Assembly: GCA_052169955.1 (NCBI GenBank)
Contig: JBQNBL010000013.1
Span: forward strand, 71-64,070
Length of the DNA: 64,000 nucleotides
Direction of reading: 5' to 3'
From: Treponema sp.
Lineage (GTDB): Bacteria; Spirochaetota; Spirochaetia; Treponematales; Treponemataceae
In this document: positions 36,562-46,959 of the stretch, piece after piece
How the letters are laid out: every line of letters begins with the position of its first letter
Position numbering within the stretch: the first letter of the stretch is position 1
Position numbers and translations under genes: made by a program
Notes under the pieces: model-generated
Databases searched by the model: none
Told to the model about the DNA's origin: nothing
What the model saw: only the letters and a program-made list of their open reading frames with translations

Positions 36562-38316
36562 TCATATTTCTATCTTATCTATTTCTTCTTTTATGCACTT
36601 TAATATTAAGTTAGGTGAAGATATAGACATAACTTTTTGGTATATTTTTTGAGCTGAACTTAGCGAAACAGATGCGATAAACTTTTTCATTTCATAGATA
36701 TTCCAGCTAGGCATACTAAAAGATCTTAATCCCATTCCAAGTAGCAAAAATACAGCCTCTTTATTTGAGGCCATCTCTCCACACATCGAAACAAAATAAT
36801 CAGCATTTATACTTTTATCTTTAGAATCAATAGTATTTTTAATTAAACGTAATACACTAGGTTCAAAGTAATTAGCTAAGTTAGAAACTTTACCATTTTC
36901 TCTATCTGCTGCCATAGTGTACTGAACCAAATCATTTGTTCCAATTGACATAAAATCAACAAGAGGAGAGGCTAGGTCTGCAATAACTGCAATACTTGGC
37001 ACTTCTACCATAATACCCAAAGGTACATCATCTCTATGTTGCACATTTTGGGAACGTAACTCACTTTTTACTTCGTTTAATATTTCTTTTAATTGAGTAA
37101 TTTCTTCAAGGCTGGAAACCATAGGGATAAGAATATGGACATTACCAAAGACAGCACTTCTTAAAATTGCTTTTAACTGTGTCTTAAATATATCAGGACG
37201 TGCAAAACAATACCTAATTGCTCGCCAACCTAGAAGTGGATTTTTTTCATGCAAAGATTCTTGTTCTTTAAGCATTTTATCAGAGCCTGCATCAAATGTC
37301 CTAATAAGAACTTTTTTGTTTGGAAAAGCTTTAATTACACTTGAATATACTTCATACTGCATGTCTTCATCAGGAATTTTATCATCTTGTAAAAATAGGA
37401 ATTCTGTTCTAAAAAGTCCAATTCCATCTGCTATTTTCATAGATGGAACTTCTATTTCGTCTTTAAAAGCAATGTTTGCACTCACTGAAATAGGAACACC
37501 ATCAAGTGTTTTAACCAATTCATTAGTAAAAGAGGCTTCTATATTTTTTAAATTATTTACCTTTTCTGCAATTTTCTTTGTATATTCTTCTATACTTTTT
37601 TGTGAGGGATTAAAAATTACAAAGCCTTTTTCCGCGTCCAGTATAGCATCTAATCCAGAAGAACTATAGCTCATACAATGGGGTGTACATATGAGCATAG
37701 GAATACCCCAAGAGCGTGCAATTATTGAAATATGCCCTGTTATCCCCCCTTCTTCCATAACAATGCCTTTAACTTGTGAGTCTTTTAGAGCTAACGCTTC
37801 TGATGGCATTATGTTTGTTGCTATTATTATGCTATCTTTTGGAACATTTTTAAATCTTGAAGTTTTTTCTCTTGAACTTAATAATTTATCAAAAACACCT
37901 TCAAAGGCATCTTTTATGTCTAAAGCTCTTTCTCTTATATAAGCATTTGGAGATGTAGCTAAAATATTTGCATATTCTTCGAGTCTTTTACTTAAAAATG
38001 TTTCAACATTTAATTTTTCTTTCTCTACATCGTTTAACACTTTTTGAATAAAATCTTCATCAGATAACATTGCAAGATGAGTGTTAAGAATATTTAACTC
38101 ATCACTTTCTTGATTTGAAGTTTTTTTTTCGTATTCTTTTAGAATTGTTTGCATTTCACTTTGAGTTTCTGATATAGCTTTTTGCAATCTCAGTTTTTCT
38201 ATTGAAACGTCTTGAATTGAATATAATGGAATATCTCTTTCTTCTCTATCTGAAAGTTTATACACCTTTCCCAAAGCCAAACCAGATGAGGCTACCAAAC
38301 CTGTGATTTTTCGCAT
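36562..38316 (-). CDS. ptsI: PTS enzyme I
   Basis: GGITGH phospho-His, GIGLFRTEFLF, NPLLGWRAIR, SIGTNDLVQY, MCGEMA. Confidence 0.95.
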   Translation of the reverse strand: MRKITGLVASSGLALGKVYKLSDREERDIPLYSIQDVSIEKLRLQKAISETQSEMQTILKEYEKKTSNQESDELNILNTHLAMLSDEDFIQKVLNDVEKEKLNVETFLSKRLEEYANILATSPNAYIRERALDIKDAFEGVFDKLLSSREKTSRFKNVPKDSIIIATNIMPSEALALKDSQVKGIVMEEGGITGHISIIARSWGIPMLICTPHCMSYSSSGLDAILDAEKGFVIFNPSQKSIEEYTKKIAEKVNNLKNIEASFTNELVKTLDGVPISVSANIAFKDEIEVPSMKIADGIGLFRTEFLFLQDDKIPDEDMQYEVYSSVIKAFPNKKVLIRTFDAGSDKMLKEQESLHEKNPLLGWRAIRYCFARPDIFKTQLKAILRSAVFGNVHILIPMVSSLEEITQLKEILNEVKSELRSQNVQHRDDVPLGIMVEVPSIAVIADLASPLVDFMSIGTNDLVQYTMAADRENGKVSNLANYFEPSVLRLIKNTIDSKDKSINADYFVSMCGEMASNKEAVFLLLGMGLRSFSMPSWNIYEMKKFIASVSLSSAQKIYQKVMSISSPNLILKCIKEEIDKIEI

Positions 38317-38382
38317 GTTTTCATTGTATACAAAACTGATTATAAAGACTAGATGTAAGTCAAAAAGGAGGGAATTAAAAAA

Positions 38383-38454
38383 AGCGGATGATGGGAGTCG
38401 AACCCACGTCTCCAGCTTGGAAGGCTGGGGTAATAGCCGTTATACAACATCCGC
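38383..38454 (-). tRNA. tRNA-Gly(TCC)
   Basis: Minus strand GCGGATG...CATCCGC; anticodon arm CCAGC-CTTCCAA-GCTGG; GTTCGACTC. Confidence 0.96.
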
Positions 38455-38703
38455 AAAAACTATTCAATTTGAATAGGTAAGGAAGTCTATTATAAATTAA
38501 AGAATGAGTCAAGATAAATATCAATTTTTTTTAAGAAAATGATGATTAATTTGTAAAAAAATGCTATCATAAGATTCTAAATGGAAGATTAATGTCAATC
38601 TTAATGTTTAACTCTTTTTTGTTTTCTAAAAAGAATGTTATTAAAGAACATAGTTGGAAAGCGTCTATAAAAGTATCTATAACACTATACTAGAACATAA
38701 ATG

Positions 38704-38884
38704 ATTGTACATTAGAGAATGTTATAGTAATACATTAGCTAGTGTTACGATTGTACATTAGCTAGTGTTATTATTGTACCTTAGCTAATGTACTCAGGCG
38801 AAACTGTACAGTTTAGCATAGCGAAACTGCACTATTTAGACATCGCAAACTGTACAGTTTAGACATCGCAAATCGTGCAGTTTC
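38704..38884. repeat. 23-bp-period bipartite palindrome array, copy 2 (inverted relative to copy 1)
   Basis: Central tetramers start at 38714, 38737, 38760, 38783 (TACATTAGCTA type) and 38806, 38829, 38852, 38875 (AAACTGTACAGTTT type). Confidence 0.9.
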
Positions 38885-39066
38885 ACATCACAAGAATATT
38901 AAGTTTTATATGTTGATTTTATTCATGCAATATCTTAATTAATTTAATCATTTAAGTTCTATTCATTTTTCTTTATTTCTGATAATTCATATTAGTTGTA
39001 ATACAATGGAAGAAAAGTTAAAATATCACTCATGAACTTAATTCTTATTAAGGAGATGAATAATTT

Positions 39067-42000
39067 ATGAAAAAGCTTATATTTATTCTTACGATATCTT
39101 TTATAGTGTTTATTTCTTGCAAAGAAAACGGTTTTCTAGAGACGCAAGAAAATTATGGAACAGTTATTTTTGATTTAACAGGTAGTTCTAATTTAAGGTC
39201 TATTGACTCATCGACTGGACTTCCTAAGTTAGAAGATTCTGAAATGAATATACTTGTGGAAAGCAATGGAAATAGAACTGAAGAAAAACAAATTGGAAAG
39301 TTAGATAAAAAGCAATATAAGAAAACTTTTCTTGTTGGAAGTAAAATAAAAATTACTGCTGTTGTTATGACAGATGGGAGTAAATGGAAGGGAACTGTTG
39401 AGCATATTGTCACATCTGGCAATAATTATTTAAATATTAAACTAAAAAAAGCTGCTTTTTCACTAGAACCTTTGAAGTTTAAACTTTCTAAGCTTGGAAA
39501 TAAAGGTAAGTTTGAACTTGGTTTTTTTAAAAATGGAAAATCTATTAACTATTTTTTTAATGAAGAAGTTTCAGGAACATACACAAGCATGAATGAGATA
39601 CCTTTGTTTTGTAGAGATCAGGTTGGACGCACTTATGTGGTTTACAATGATAGCTCATCATCTAGTGCTTTACACTTTGAACGGTATACAAGTGAAGGAA
39701 ATAAGGATGCTTCATTTGTAAGCCCCAGTTCTAGCTTTGGTTCACAAGGTAGTGTTGAAAATATTTGTTCAGACCATAAAACTGGGAATATTTTTTATTC
39801 GTATAAAAAAGGCGGTGTTTATGACTATTTTGTTGCTTTACTAAAAGAAGGCGAATCTGCCATAAAAGATATAACACCAAGTTCTTTTGTTTATAACATT
39901 CAATCGATGGCAGTTTATAGTAACATCATTTCTATTATAGAGAAAAGTAATGATGATAAATTACATTTGTATAAATTTAATGGCGAAAATAAAGAAATTT
40001 CAATAATTGATACGAAAGATTTAACTGAATTATTGAAGGTGAAGATAAAAGATGATCCGTCAGCTATCTTATCAAAAGCCAAAATCGTAGATTGCTATAT
40101 GAATGATAAGAATATCTATCTTCTTTATGGTTGCAACAGTTCCTATTCTGACTATATTTCTGTTGGTGGAATCTTGAAAGTTAGCTATATTGAAGAAAGG
40201 GGAACACTAAAACTTGGAGAGCCTATAAAACTTGTAGGTATGAAAGAATATACCTTTGATGATCTTCATATTATTAATGTGAAAGATGAGAGAAAAGAGC
40301 TTTATGGACCTCGACGTTTTGTAGGTGTGGATGAAGATGTTTTATACATTGCAGACGATGGCGTTGTATATGGATATGAGGCGGGAACTCCAAAGGTAAG
40401 AGAAAACAAAAATAGACTAGTTAAGTTTAACTTAAAGAGTGAAAAAATCTCTATTGTGGAAAAAGAAGACAAAATAGAAACATGGATGCCTGAAACAAAG
40501 TCATTTAGCAAAACTAATTTTACTTTGTTCTTCAGTCGTAAGGAAGAGCATGGTAATAAAGTTGCTAAAATAAAGATTTATGATGGGAAGAAGTTTGCAA
40601 AGTTTGGAACTCAAGATGTTTTAACTGTGGAAAAACCTGATAGTATGCTACTTTATACATTTGATTCTTCAGGTAATTTTTATGTAAGAGATAAGAATAC
40701 TACCAATGTAGATATATTAATAAAATATTATCCATCTGAAGAGCAAGATGATATTGTATATGAGAAAGATAGTAATTTTAATAATATTGCCTTAAAAGAT
40801 GTAGATGCTTCCAATCCTATTGCTTCATTATATTATGATGAGGTGAAAGGAAATCTATATTATACATCGAATGGAAATTTGTATAAATTAGAGGGCGCGG
40901 AATGGAAGAAAATAACTAAAGGTATTTATGACTTTTCATCACATATGGCTATTTATGATGAGGCAATCTGGGTATATGATAAAGATAGTAAGAGTGTAAA
41001 AAAACTGCTCATAAAAGGTTTGAATTTAGAGGATGGAGGAACGAGTTTTACCGTTCCTTTCAACACGGTTGTAAGTTTTTCAATATACAAAGGTGTTTTA
41101 TACTTTTTGTATATTGATAGAGCTAAAAAACTCTATGCTTCAGCTTCAAAAATTAGTGATGTTAGTTTCAAAAAAACTGAAGCTCTTTTCACGCTAAGCC
41201 CTAGCCTTAGCTTACTAAATGAAATAAGACCTATAGGTTTTGATAAGGAAACAGATGAGTTGAAGTTCTTTTTCGACGAAGTGAAAGAAGACTATGATGG
41301 TAGAATTGAATCCAGTGTGGATAAATATATTTCACTTAAATATAGTGATTCACAGCTTTCGGCAAAACTAGAAAATCTTCCTTCTGAAGCTAATGCTACT
41401 TGGTATGAAAATGAAGTAGCTTGGCAAGGTGCTAGTGATGCTATAATGTTATGGAAAAAAACTAACCCAAATGGAGTAACAAAATATTATGCTGTAGACA
41501 ATGTAAAAGACTCACTTAACTCAATTCCGTCTCTTATGAGTAGTACTACAGGTTCTACTCTATATACTGTATATGACAAATTTTGTTATGATCAGTTTGG
41601 TAATTTATACGTACTAATTGAAAAAAGTCCTGATTATTATGTTGTTCGTTTTGAATTGACGGAAGATAAGAATTATAACCTCAATCATTTAGGTAGTAAG
41701 ATTAGCGATGATACATTGGGTGCAAAGTTTAAAGTGAGTGAGCAGGTAGCAGGTAATATTTTTGAGCCTGAAAACTTTATTATGGCAGTGTATGCAGATA
41801 GTGCTACATCAGGCACACTATATTATAGATTTTTTGATGGCACTAACAAAATAAGGATAAATACGAAGAGTATTTCTGGTGGTAAATTTGATAGTGAAGC
41901 TAAGCGTAATTGGTTAGGATATGGTGCCGGCGAAATAGAGGCGGAATATACAGATTCAGGGGCAAAAATTGAGCGTCAATTTGTGGCAATGGCTGCAAAT

Positions 42001-42720
42001 AAAGATGGTCTTTTTATTGCACAAAAAGAGTTGGAATATGTGATGCCAGCTAATCAAAGGTATTACAAAAACTACAACATAGAAATTAGAAAATATCTAC
42101 TTCATAATACTAATTATACAGAACCTAATGGGAAAATAGATATAGTGGGGTCTTCCAACAACAGGATTCCTACAGAAATGTTTAATGACTATGATATTAC
42201 CAGCGGTTTAAAAAATGCAAATGCTGGTTGGGATATTTATGTAAGAGAAACTATTTCTGATATGTATGCTTATAATGGTGTTTTGTATGCACTTTCTTAT
42301 AAGCAAGTTGGAGGAGAAGCTTTTAATACAGAAACTTCAGGTGGCACTAAAACTTTGAGTAAAATGTCTGTTTCTGGTAATTTATTGAAAGTAGGAAAGA
42401 CTACTCTTGATTTTACTGGTGGATTTACTCCTCTTCATAGCTCAAGTGCAGAACTTAAAGAAAGTGGAAAATTTGCACCGCGTCATATTATTGGCATTCT
42501 TCCCAATCAACTGGTTGTGGCCTCTGATGGTTATTATGGCTTTACAAATGAGCAAAATAAAAGAAAAGTAACCAATTATAATAACATTTATTTTTTCAAT
42601 TTAAATGGTAAAGACCAGCTTGGTGTTAAAAATGAAGAAAATAAAAATGCCTATTTTAATCTTGAATATAAAGAAGAGGAGGAAGCTGATCTTAGTAAAA
42701 ACTGGGAATTAGTGAATTAA
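39067..42720 (+). CDS. large treponemal-type lipoprotein with about three repeated beta-rich modules
   Basis: Lipobox VFISC; repeats FCRDQVGRTY/YTFDSSGNFY/FCYDQFGNLY and YGPRRFVG..LYIADDG/FAPRHIIG..LVVASDG. Confidence 0.8.
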   Translation: MKKLIFILTISFIVFISCKENGFLETQENYGTVIFDLTGSSNLRSIDSSTGLPKLEDSEMNILVESNGNRTEEKQIGKLDKKQYKKTFLVGSKIKITAVVMTDGSKWKGTVEHIVTSGNNYLNIKLKKAAFSLEPLKFKLSKLGNKGKFELGFFKNGKSINYFFNEEVSGTYTSMNEIPLFCRDQVGRTYVVYNDSSSSSALHFERYTSEGNKDASFVSPSSSFGSQGSVENICSDHKTGNIFYSYKKGGVYDYFVALLKEGESAIKDITPSSFVYNIQSMAVYSNIISIIEKSNDDKLHLYKFNGENKEISIIDTKDLTELLKVKIKDDPSAILSKAKIVDCYMNDKNIYLLYGCNSSYSDYISVGGILKVSYIEERGTLKLGEPIKLVGMKEYTFDDLHIINVKDERKELYGPRRFVGVDEDVLYIADDGVVYGYEAGTPKVRENKNRLVKFNLKSEKISIVEKEDKIETWMPETKSFSKTNFTLFFSRKEEHGNKVAKIKIYDGKKFAKFGTQDVLTVEKPDSMLLYTFDSSGNFYVRDKNTTNVDILIKYYPSEEQDDIVYEKDSNFNNIALKDVDASNPIASLYYDEVKGNLYYTSNGNLYKLEGAEWKKITKGIYDFSSHMAIYDEAIWVYDKDSKSVKKLLIKGLNLEDGGTSFTVPFNTVVSFSIYKGVLYFLYIDRAKKLYASASKISDVSFKKTEALFTLSPSLSLLNEIRPIGFDKETDELKFFFDEVKEDYDGRIESSVDKYISLKYSDSQLSAKLENLPSEANATWYENEVAWQGASDAIMLWKKTNPNGVTKYYAVDNVKDSLNSIPSLMSSTTGSTLYTVYDKFCYDQFGNLYVLIEKSPDYYVVRFELTEDKNYNLNHLGSKISDDTLGAKFKVSEQVAGNIFEPENFIMAVYADSATSGTLYYRFFDGTNKIRINTKSISGGKFDSEAKRNWLGYGAGEIEAEYTDSGAKIERQFVAMAANKDGLFIAQKELEYVMPANQRYYKNYNIEIRKYLLHNTNYTEPNGKIDIVGSSNNRIPTEMFNDYDITSGLKNANAGWDIYVRETISDMYAYNGVLYALSYKQVGGEAFNTETSGGTKTLSKMSVSGNLLKVGKTTLDFTGGFTPLHSSSAELKESGKFAPRHIIGILPNQLVVASDGYYGFTNEQNKRKVTNYNNIYFFNLNGKDQLGVKNEENKNAYFNLEYKEEEEADLSKNWELVN

Positions 42721-42731
42721 AATTAGCATTG

Positions 42732-42766
42732 AACCTTTTGCATGTATTCATGCAAAAGGTTTTTTT
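42732..42766 (+). terminator. intrinsic terminator
   Basis: AACCTTTTGCATG-TATT-CATGCAAAAGGTT followed by a T-run. Confidence 0.88.
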
Positions 42767-42818
42767 GATTTCTAAGCTCATAGGTAAAAACTGTTAGTAA
42801 TTACAAAAAGGTAGATGT

Positions 42819-43394
42819 ATGAAAAATCTTGTTATTCTTATATCAGGTAATGGTAGTAATTTACAGTGTGTGATAGACGCTATCAAAGATGGTTTTATTG
42901 ACTATCACATTTCGCTTGTAATTTCTAATTGCAAAAATGCTTATGGTTTAGAAAGAGCAAAAAAAGCTGATATTCCAACTATGTATCTTCCATTTAAAAG
43001 AAAGGAAGAAAAAAGAGAAGTTTATGATGAAAAACTAGCTATTGAGATAGAAAAATGCAAGCCTTCATATGTTTTTTGTCTTGGCTTTTTGCATATTCTT
43101 AGTGAAAGTTTTGTTAAACAATTTGAAAATAAGTTAATTAATCTCCATCCTGCTTTACCTTGTACATTTGTTGGTCTTGATTGCATAGAAAAACAATATA
43201 ATGCAATGATAAAAGGAGAAATAATTGACTGCGGCGTGATGTGTCATTATGTTGATGGAGGAGTTGACACAGGGAAAGTGATTGCTATTAAAAAAATTAA
43301 CTTTGATAAAAGACAAACATTGGAAGTTTTTGAAAGTGAAATTCACAAAGCAGAGCATAAGCTTGTTGTTGAGGTGCTTAAAAAACTAGAATGA
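42819..43394 (+). CDS. purN: phosphoribosylglycinamide formyltransferase
   Basis: LISGNGSNLQ, YGLERA, INLHPAL, HYVDGGVDTG, IHKAEH. Confidence 0.92.
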   Translation: MKNLVILISGNGSNLQCVIDAIKDGFIDYHISLVISNCKNAYGLERAKKADIPTMYLPFKRKEEKREVYDEKLAIEIEKCKPSYVFCLGFLHILSESFVKQFENKLINLHPALPCTFVGLDCIEKQYNAMIKGEIIDCGVMCHYVDGGVDTGKVIAIKKINFDKRQTLEVFESEIHKAEHKLVVEVLKKLE

Positions 43395-43541
43395 TTGTGG
43401 ATTTTGTATTATAAAATTCATAAAACTACAGGATTTATGGATATTTTGATATTTCTAATTCTAAATTTGAAATAGATAGGGCAGTGCTAGAAACTGACAT
43501 ATACCCATTTGTTTATGAATGGGGAGGAGGTTTTTCCTATG

Positions 43542-44430
43542 TTATAATTTTTTTATTTCATCATGGCTTAAGCCTGTAAGTTTGATAATTTCTAAGATAT
43601 CATATTTGTTTTGTTTCATCATCTTAGCCATTGTAGTTTTTGCCTTTCTTTCCTTCTTTCTTTCCTTCTTTCTTTCCTCTTGCAATTCCTTGAGCCATAG
43701 CTTTTTCTTCTGTTTCCTTTAGCATTGAAATCCTATCACTTTCATAATGCCATGCAGCTTGGTAGGCAGCTCTTTCTTTCTCATTTGAATAAAAAGTGTT
43801 CATTACAGTATTTGCTTTTGCTATCATAGGGTTTTCCTCCGCTAGCTTTTCTCTTAATTTTTTATCGTCTGTTCTTATAAATAATAGCCATTTTTCTAGT
43901 TCTGACATGTTTTTATCGTACAATTTTGTTAAATCAAAAAAATGTATTTCAAGCACCTCATCTAGTTGTGTATGTGTTTCAATTTCTAATATTTGATATA
44001 TTGAATGCAATTTATTTGTAAGTGGAAAAGGGCTATTTAAAATATTTATCGCAATACACTTATTGAGATTGGAATATGCATCTCCTTTTTTAAAGTCTTC
44101 TATAAACAATTCACACCAGTAGAGAATACTTCGTTTTGGATAATAGCTGAAGTAAATATTTTGCATTTCAATATTTATCTTTTTTTTATCTTTTAACACA
44201 ATTTTTATGTCTAGTTTGCCAGTCTTATCCTGATAGAATTGAGGAGATAATTCATTATTCTCAATTCTGACATCTTCAAAATTGCTTTTATTTATTTCTA
44301 TTGCTAGAGAAAGAAAGTCTATCAGAATATCTTTATTTTCTTCTGTCCCAAATAATTTCTTGAAGGCATAATCATTTCTTGCAGTAAATTTTTCTGTTTC
44401 GGCTAGTGGGGCAGTTATGTCTTTTCCCAT
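43542..44430 (-). CDS. Rpn-family PD-(D/E)XK nuclease with its C-terminal domain frameshifted off
   Basis: NDYAFKKLFG, LDI..INIEMQ, KRSILYW, LEIHFFDL; main ORF stops at 43624; the typical tail AKMMK..IIKLTGLS..EIKKL lies in another frame to 43542. Confidence 0.85.
43644..43678. repeat. 12-bp tandem repeat, about 3 copies (GKKE)
   Basis: CTTTCTTTCCTT x2.9. Confidence 0.85.
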
Positions 44431-44714
44431 GATAATGTCTCTCTTGGCTTATTATATCATCAATTTATTGTTTCATAAAGGCAGTGTCTTAAAGGAAATT
44501 TTTATCTAGCTTAAGTTTTTAGGTAATTATAACTAGGTGTGTTTTTTCCTTACTTCTTCCTATGGAATGAGGAAGGTTTAAAGTCGTTACTATCTTTTCT
44601 ATGATTTATAACTATTTCATTATTTTAGACATTCTTATTTTATAATGTTGAAGTTATGCTAGAATAATATAAGGATGCTCAAGGCGAAAAATAATATGCC
44701 GATACCTTCGTATT

Positions 44715-45860
44715 ATGGTGTCTGATACATTATTTTTTCAAGATTATCAAGGGAAAAAAACTAAACATTCATTTCATTTTTTTGGAACTAAGAAAAAGGT
44801 TTTGCAACCTTTTTCAATACCTTACTATCAAAGCCCTTTTAGTACTTCGTGGTTTGATGATAGTCTTCCTTATCTTAGAAAAAATATTAGAAAAAGGCAC
44901 ACATTCAAGCTTGATGTTTTGACTTTTCTTAATCTGCGTTTATTAGTTCTTTTTTTAACTATAGGGTTAGTTTTTTCATCTTTTATTTTTTGTTATTATG
45001 CTATTCAAAACTATTCATTGGGCGTTGCTTCTATAAATTTTCAAAAAGAAGAGATTGTTGATAAGTTTTTGACTTCTTTTGTTGATGTGCATGCTGAAGT
45101 AAAAGAAGAAATGATACTTCCTTCAATAATTAAAGAAGTGAAATATACTGATTATATAGTTAAGAGAGGGGATACTATAAGTGGTATAGCTTATAAAATG
45201 GGATTAAAGAATATTGGAACAATTTTTTCTGCAAATAATGTTACAAATGCTAAGCGTATTATGACAGGAACTCATTTAACCATTCCCTCTATGGATGGTG
45301 TTTTGTATACAGTTAAAAAAACGGATAGTCTAGATAGTATCGCAAAAGATTTTAATGTTCCTCTTGAAGCTTTGCTTGACGCTAATGATTTAAATGACAC
45401 AGAAATAACTTTTAATACTCGCCTATTTATTCCTGGTGCTTCTCTTTCTATTACAGAGTTACGAAAAGCAATGGGAGAGCTTTTTATATATCCAATACAT
45501 GGAAGGCTTACCTCACCTTTTGGTTATAGAAGAGATCCGTTTACAGGTAGAAAGAGTTTTCATTCTGGCATAGATTTAGCAGCTCCTACTGGAACTCCAA
45601 TAAAGGTAATTCTTGATGGTACTGTTAGCCTAACAAGTTATTCTCGAGTTTTTGGAAATTATATAATTATAACTCACCCAAATGGATATCAAAGTCTTTA
45701 TGGACATGTTAGTGCTTTTAATGCAAAAAAGGGACAACGAGTGAGTCAAGGAGATATTGTTGCACTTGTTGGAAATACAGGAATGTCTACAGGCCCACAT
45801 GTTCATCTTTCAATATATAAAAATGGTAAGTTAATTGATCCTCTTAGCGTATTAAAATAA
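44715..45860 (+). CDS. LysM x2 + M23 metallopeptidase
   Basis: YIVKRGDTISGIA, YTVKKTDSLDSIA, HSGID and STGPHVH Zn motifs. Confidence 0.93.
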   Translation: MVSDTLFFQDYQGKKTKHSFHFFGTKKKVLQPFSIPYYQSPFSTSWFDDSLPYLRKNIRKRHTFKLDVLTFLNLRLLVLFLTIGLVFSSFIFCYYAIQNYSLGVASINFQKEEIVDKFLTSFVDVHAEVKEEMILPSIIKEVKYTDYIVKRGDTISGIAYKMGLKNIGTIFSANNVTNAKRIMTGTHLTIPSMDGVLYTVKKTDSLDSIAKDFNVPLEALLDANDLNDTEITFNTRLFIPGASLSITELRKAMGELFIYPIHGRLTSPFGYRRDPFTGRKSFHSGIDLAAPTGTPIKVILDGTVSLTSYSRVFGNYIIITHPNGYQSLYGHVSAFNAKKGQRVSQGDIVALVGNTGMSTGPHVHLSIYKNGKLIDPLSVLK

Positions 45861-45882
45861 ACGTGTACGGGACTTTCTTTTT

Positions 45883-46818
45883 ATGGCTGAATACACAATA
45901 GAAGAAAATGATAGCGAAAGAAGGGTAGACCGCCTTCTTCGTCGTTTTCTATCTGATGCTCCTCTTCCATTAATTTATTCGTCTATTAGAAAAGGTTTAG
46001 TTAAAATAAATGGAAAGAAAACTAGGGCAGAAAAAAAGACATCTTTGGGAGATGTTTTGTATATTGACGAAAGTCTTGAAGCATTGAAAAAAAAAGACGA
46101 GAGTTTTAATCTTGATAAAAATAATCTTGATGTCATATTAAAAACAGACGCTCTTTTATTTATAAATAAAAAAAAAGGTTTTGTAACACATGGAAAAGGT
46201 AGTATTGATGAAGAAGTTAAAAAATCTTTTAGTAAAGGGCCTAGTCTTTCATTTTCTATTGGTGCATTGCATAGGTTGGATAAAAATACAACAGGAGTTT
46301 TAACTTTTTCCCAAAGTTTGAAAGGAGCATCTCTTTTTTCAAAAGCTATTTTGGAAGGTGATGTTGAACGCTATTATATTGGTGTGAATGAAGGAAAAAT
46401 TAAAGAAGGAATTTGGAAATTACCTTCAAAAAAACATGAGGAAAAAGAAAAACTAGAGATTACTCACTCAAAATTATTAGAATATTCAAAGAAAGAAAAC
46501 TTATCTCTTTCATTTTATAAGTTAATTACAGGTAGAAAACACCAAATTAGGCGTGGAGCAGGGCTTTTTTTAACTCCTTTATTTTGTGATGAAGTTTATG
46601 GAAGTAAGAAAAAAAACTATTCTACATATTTTTTACATTCTATCTGTTTACACTTTAAAAAAATAATTTTTGATGATATTCCTCCTTTCATTATGGCTAC
46701 AATTCCAAGAGACTTTTTAGATCTTATTAGAGTGTATTTTCCAAATATTTATGGGGATTTGAATGAAAAAGGGATTGAAGAAGCTACAAAAATTTGGATA
46801 AAAAACTTTTTTGATTAA
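45883..46818 (+). CDS. RluA/RluC-family pseudouridine synthase with S4 domain
   Basis: RVDRLL S4 domain, HRLDKNTTG, TGRKHQIR. Confidence 0.9.
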   Translation: MAEYTIEENDSERRVDRLLRRFLSDAPLPLIYSSIRKGLVKINGKKTRAEKKTSLGDVLYIDESLEALKKKDESFNLDKNNLDVILKTDALLFINKKKGFVTHGKGSIDEEVKKSFSKGPSLSFSIGALHRLDKNTTGVLTFSQSLKGASLFSKAILEGDVERYYIGVNEGKIKEGIWKLPSKKHEEKEKLEITHSKLLEYSKKENLSLSFYKLITGRKHQIRRGAGLFLTPLFCDEVYGSKKKNYSTYFLHSICLHFKKIIFDDIPPFIMATIPRDFLDLIRVYFPNIYGDLNEKGIEEATKIWIKNFFD

Positions 46819-46959
46819 TCTTATATTTTTATTACTAATATTAATAAGATTTAATAATTAAGTTTTTTATTCCGATAAAAAAGCTGAATTATCTTTATTT
46901 TTTTATTATTATGTGCTATCTTGTGCAGTGTAATTGAATAAAGTTGTAAGGAGTATGGT

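Noticed and set aside
38383..44430. Genomic island integrated at tRNA-Gly
   Set aside because: No integrase, no duplicated tRNA 3' end seen, and the accessory genes lie on the 5' side of the tRNA.
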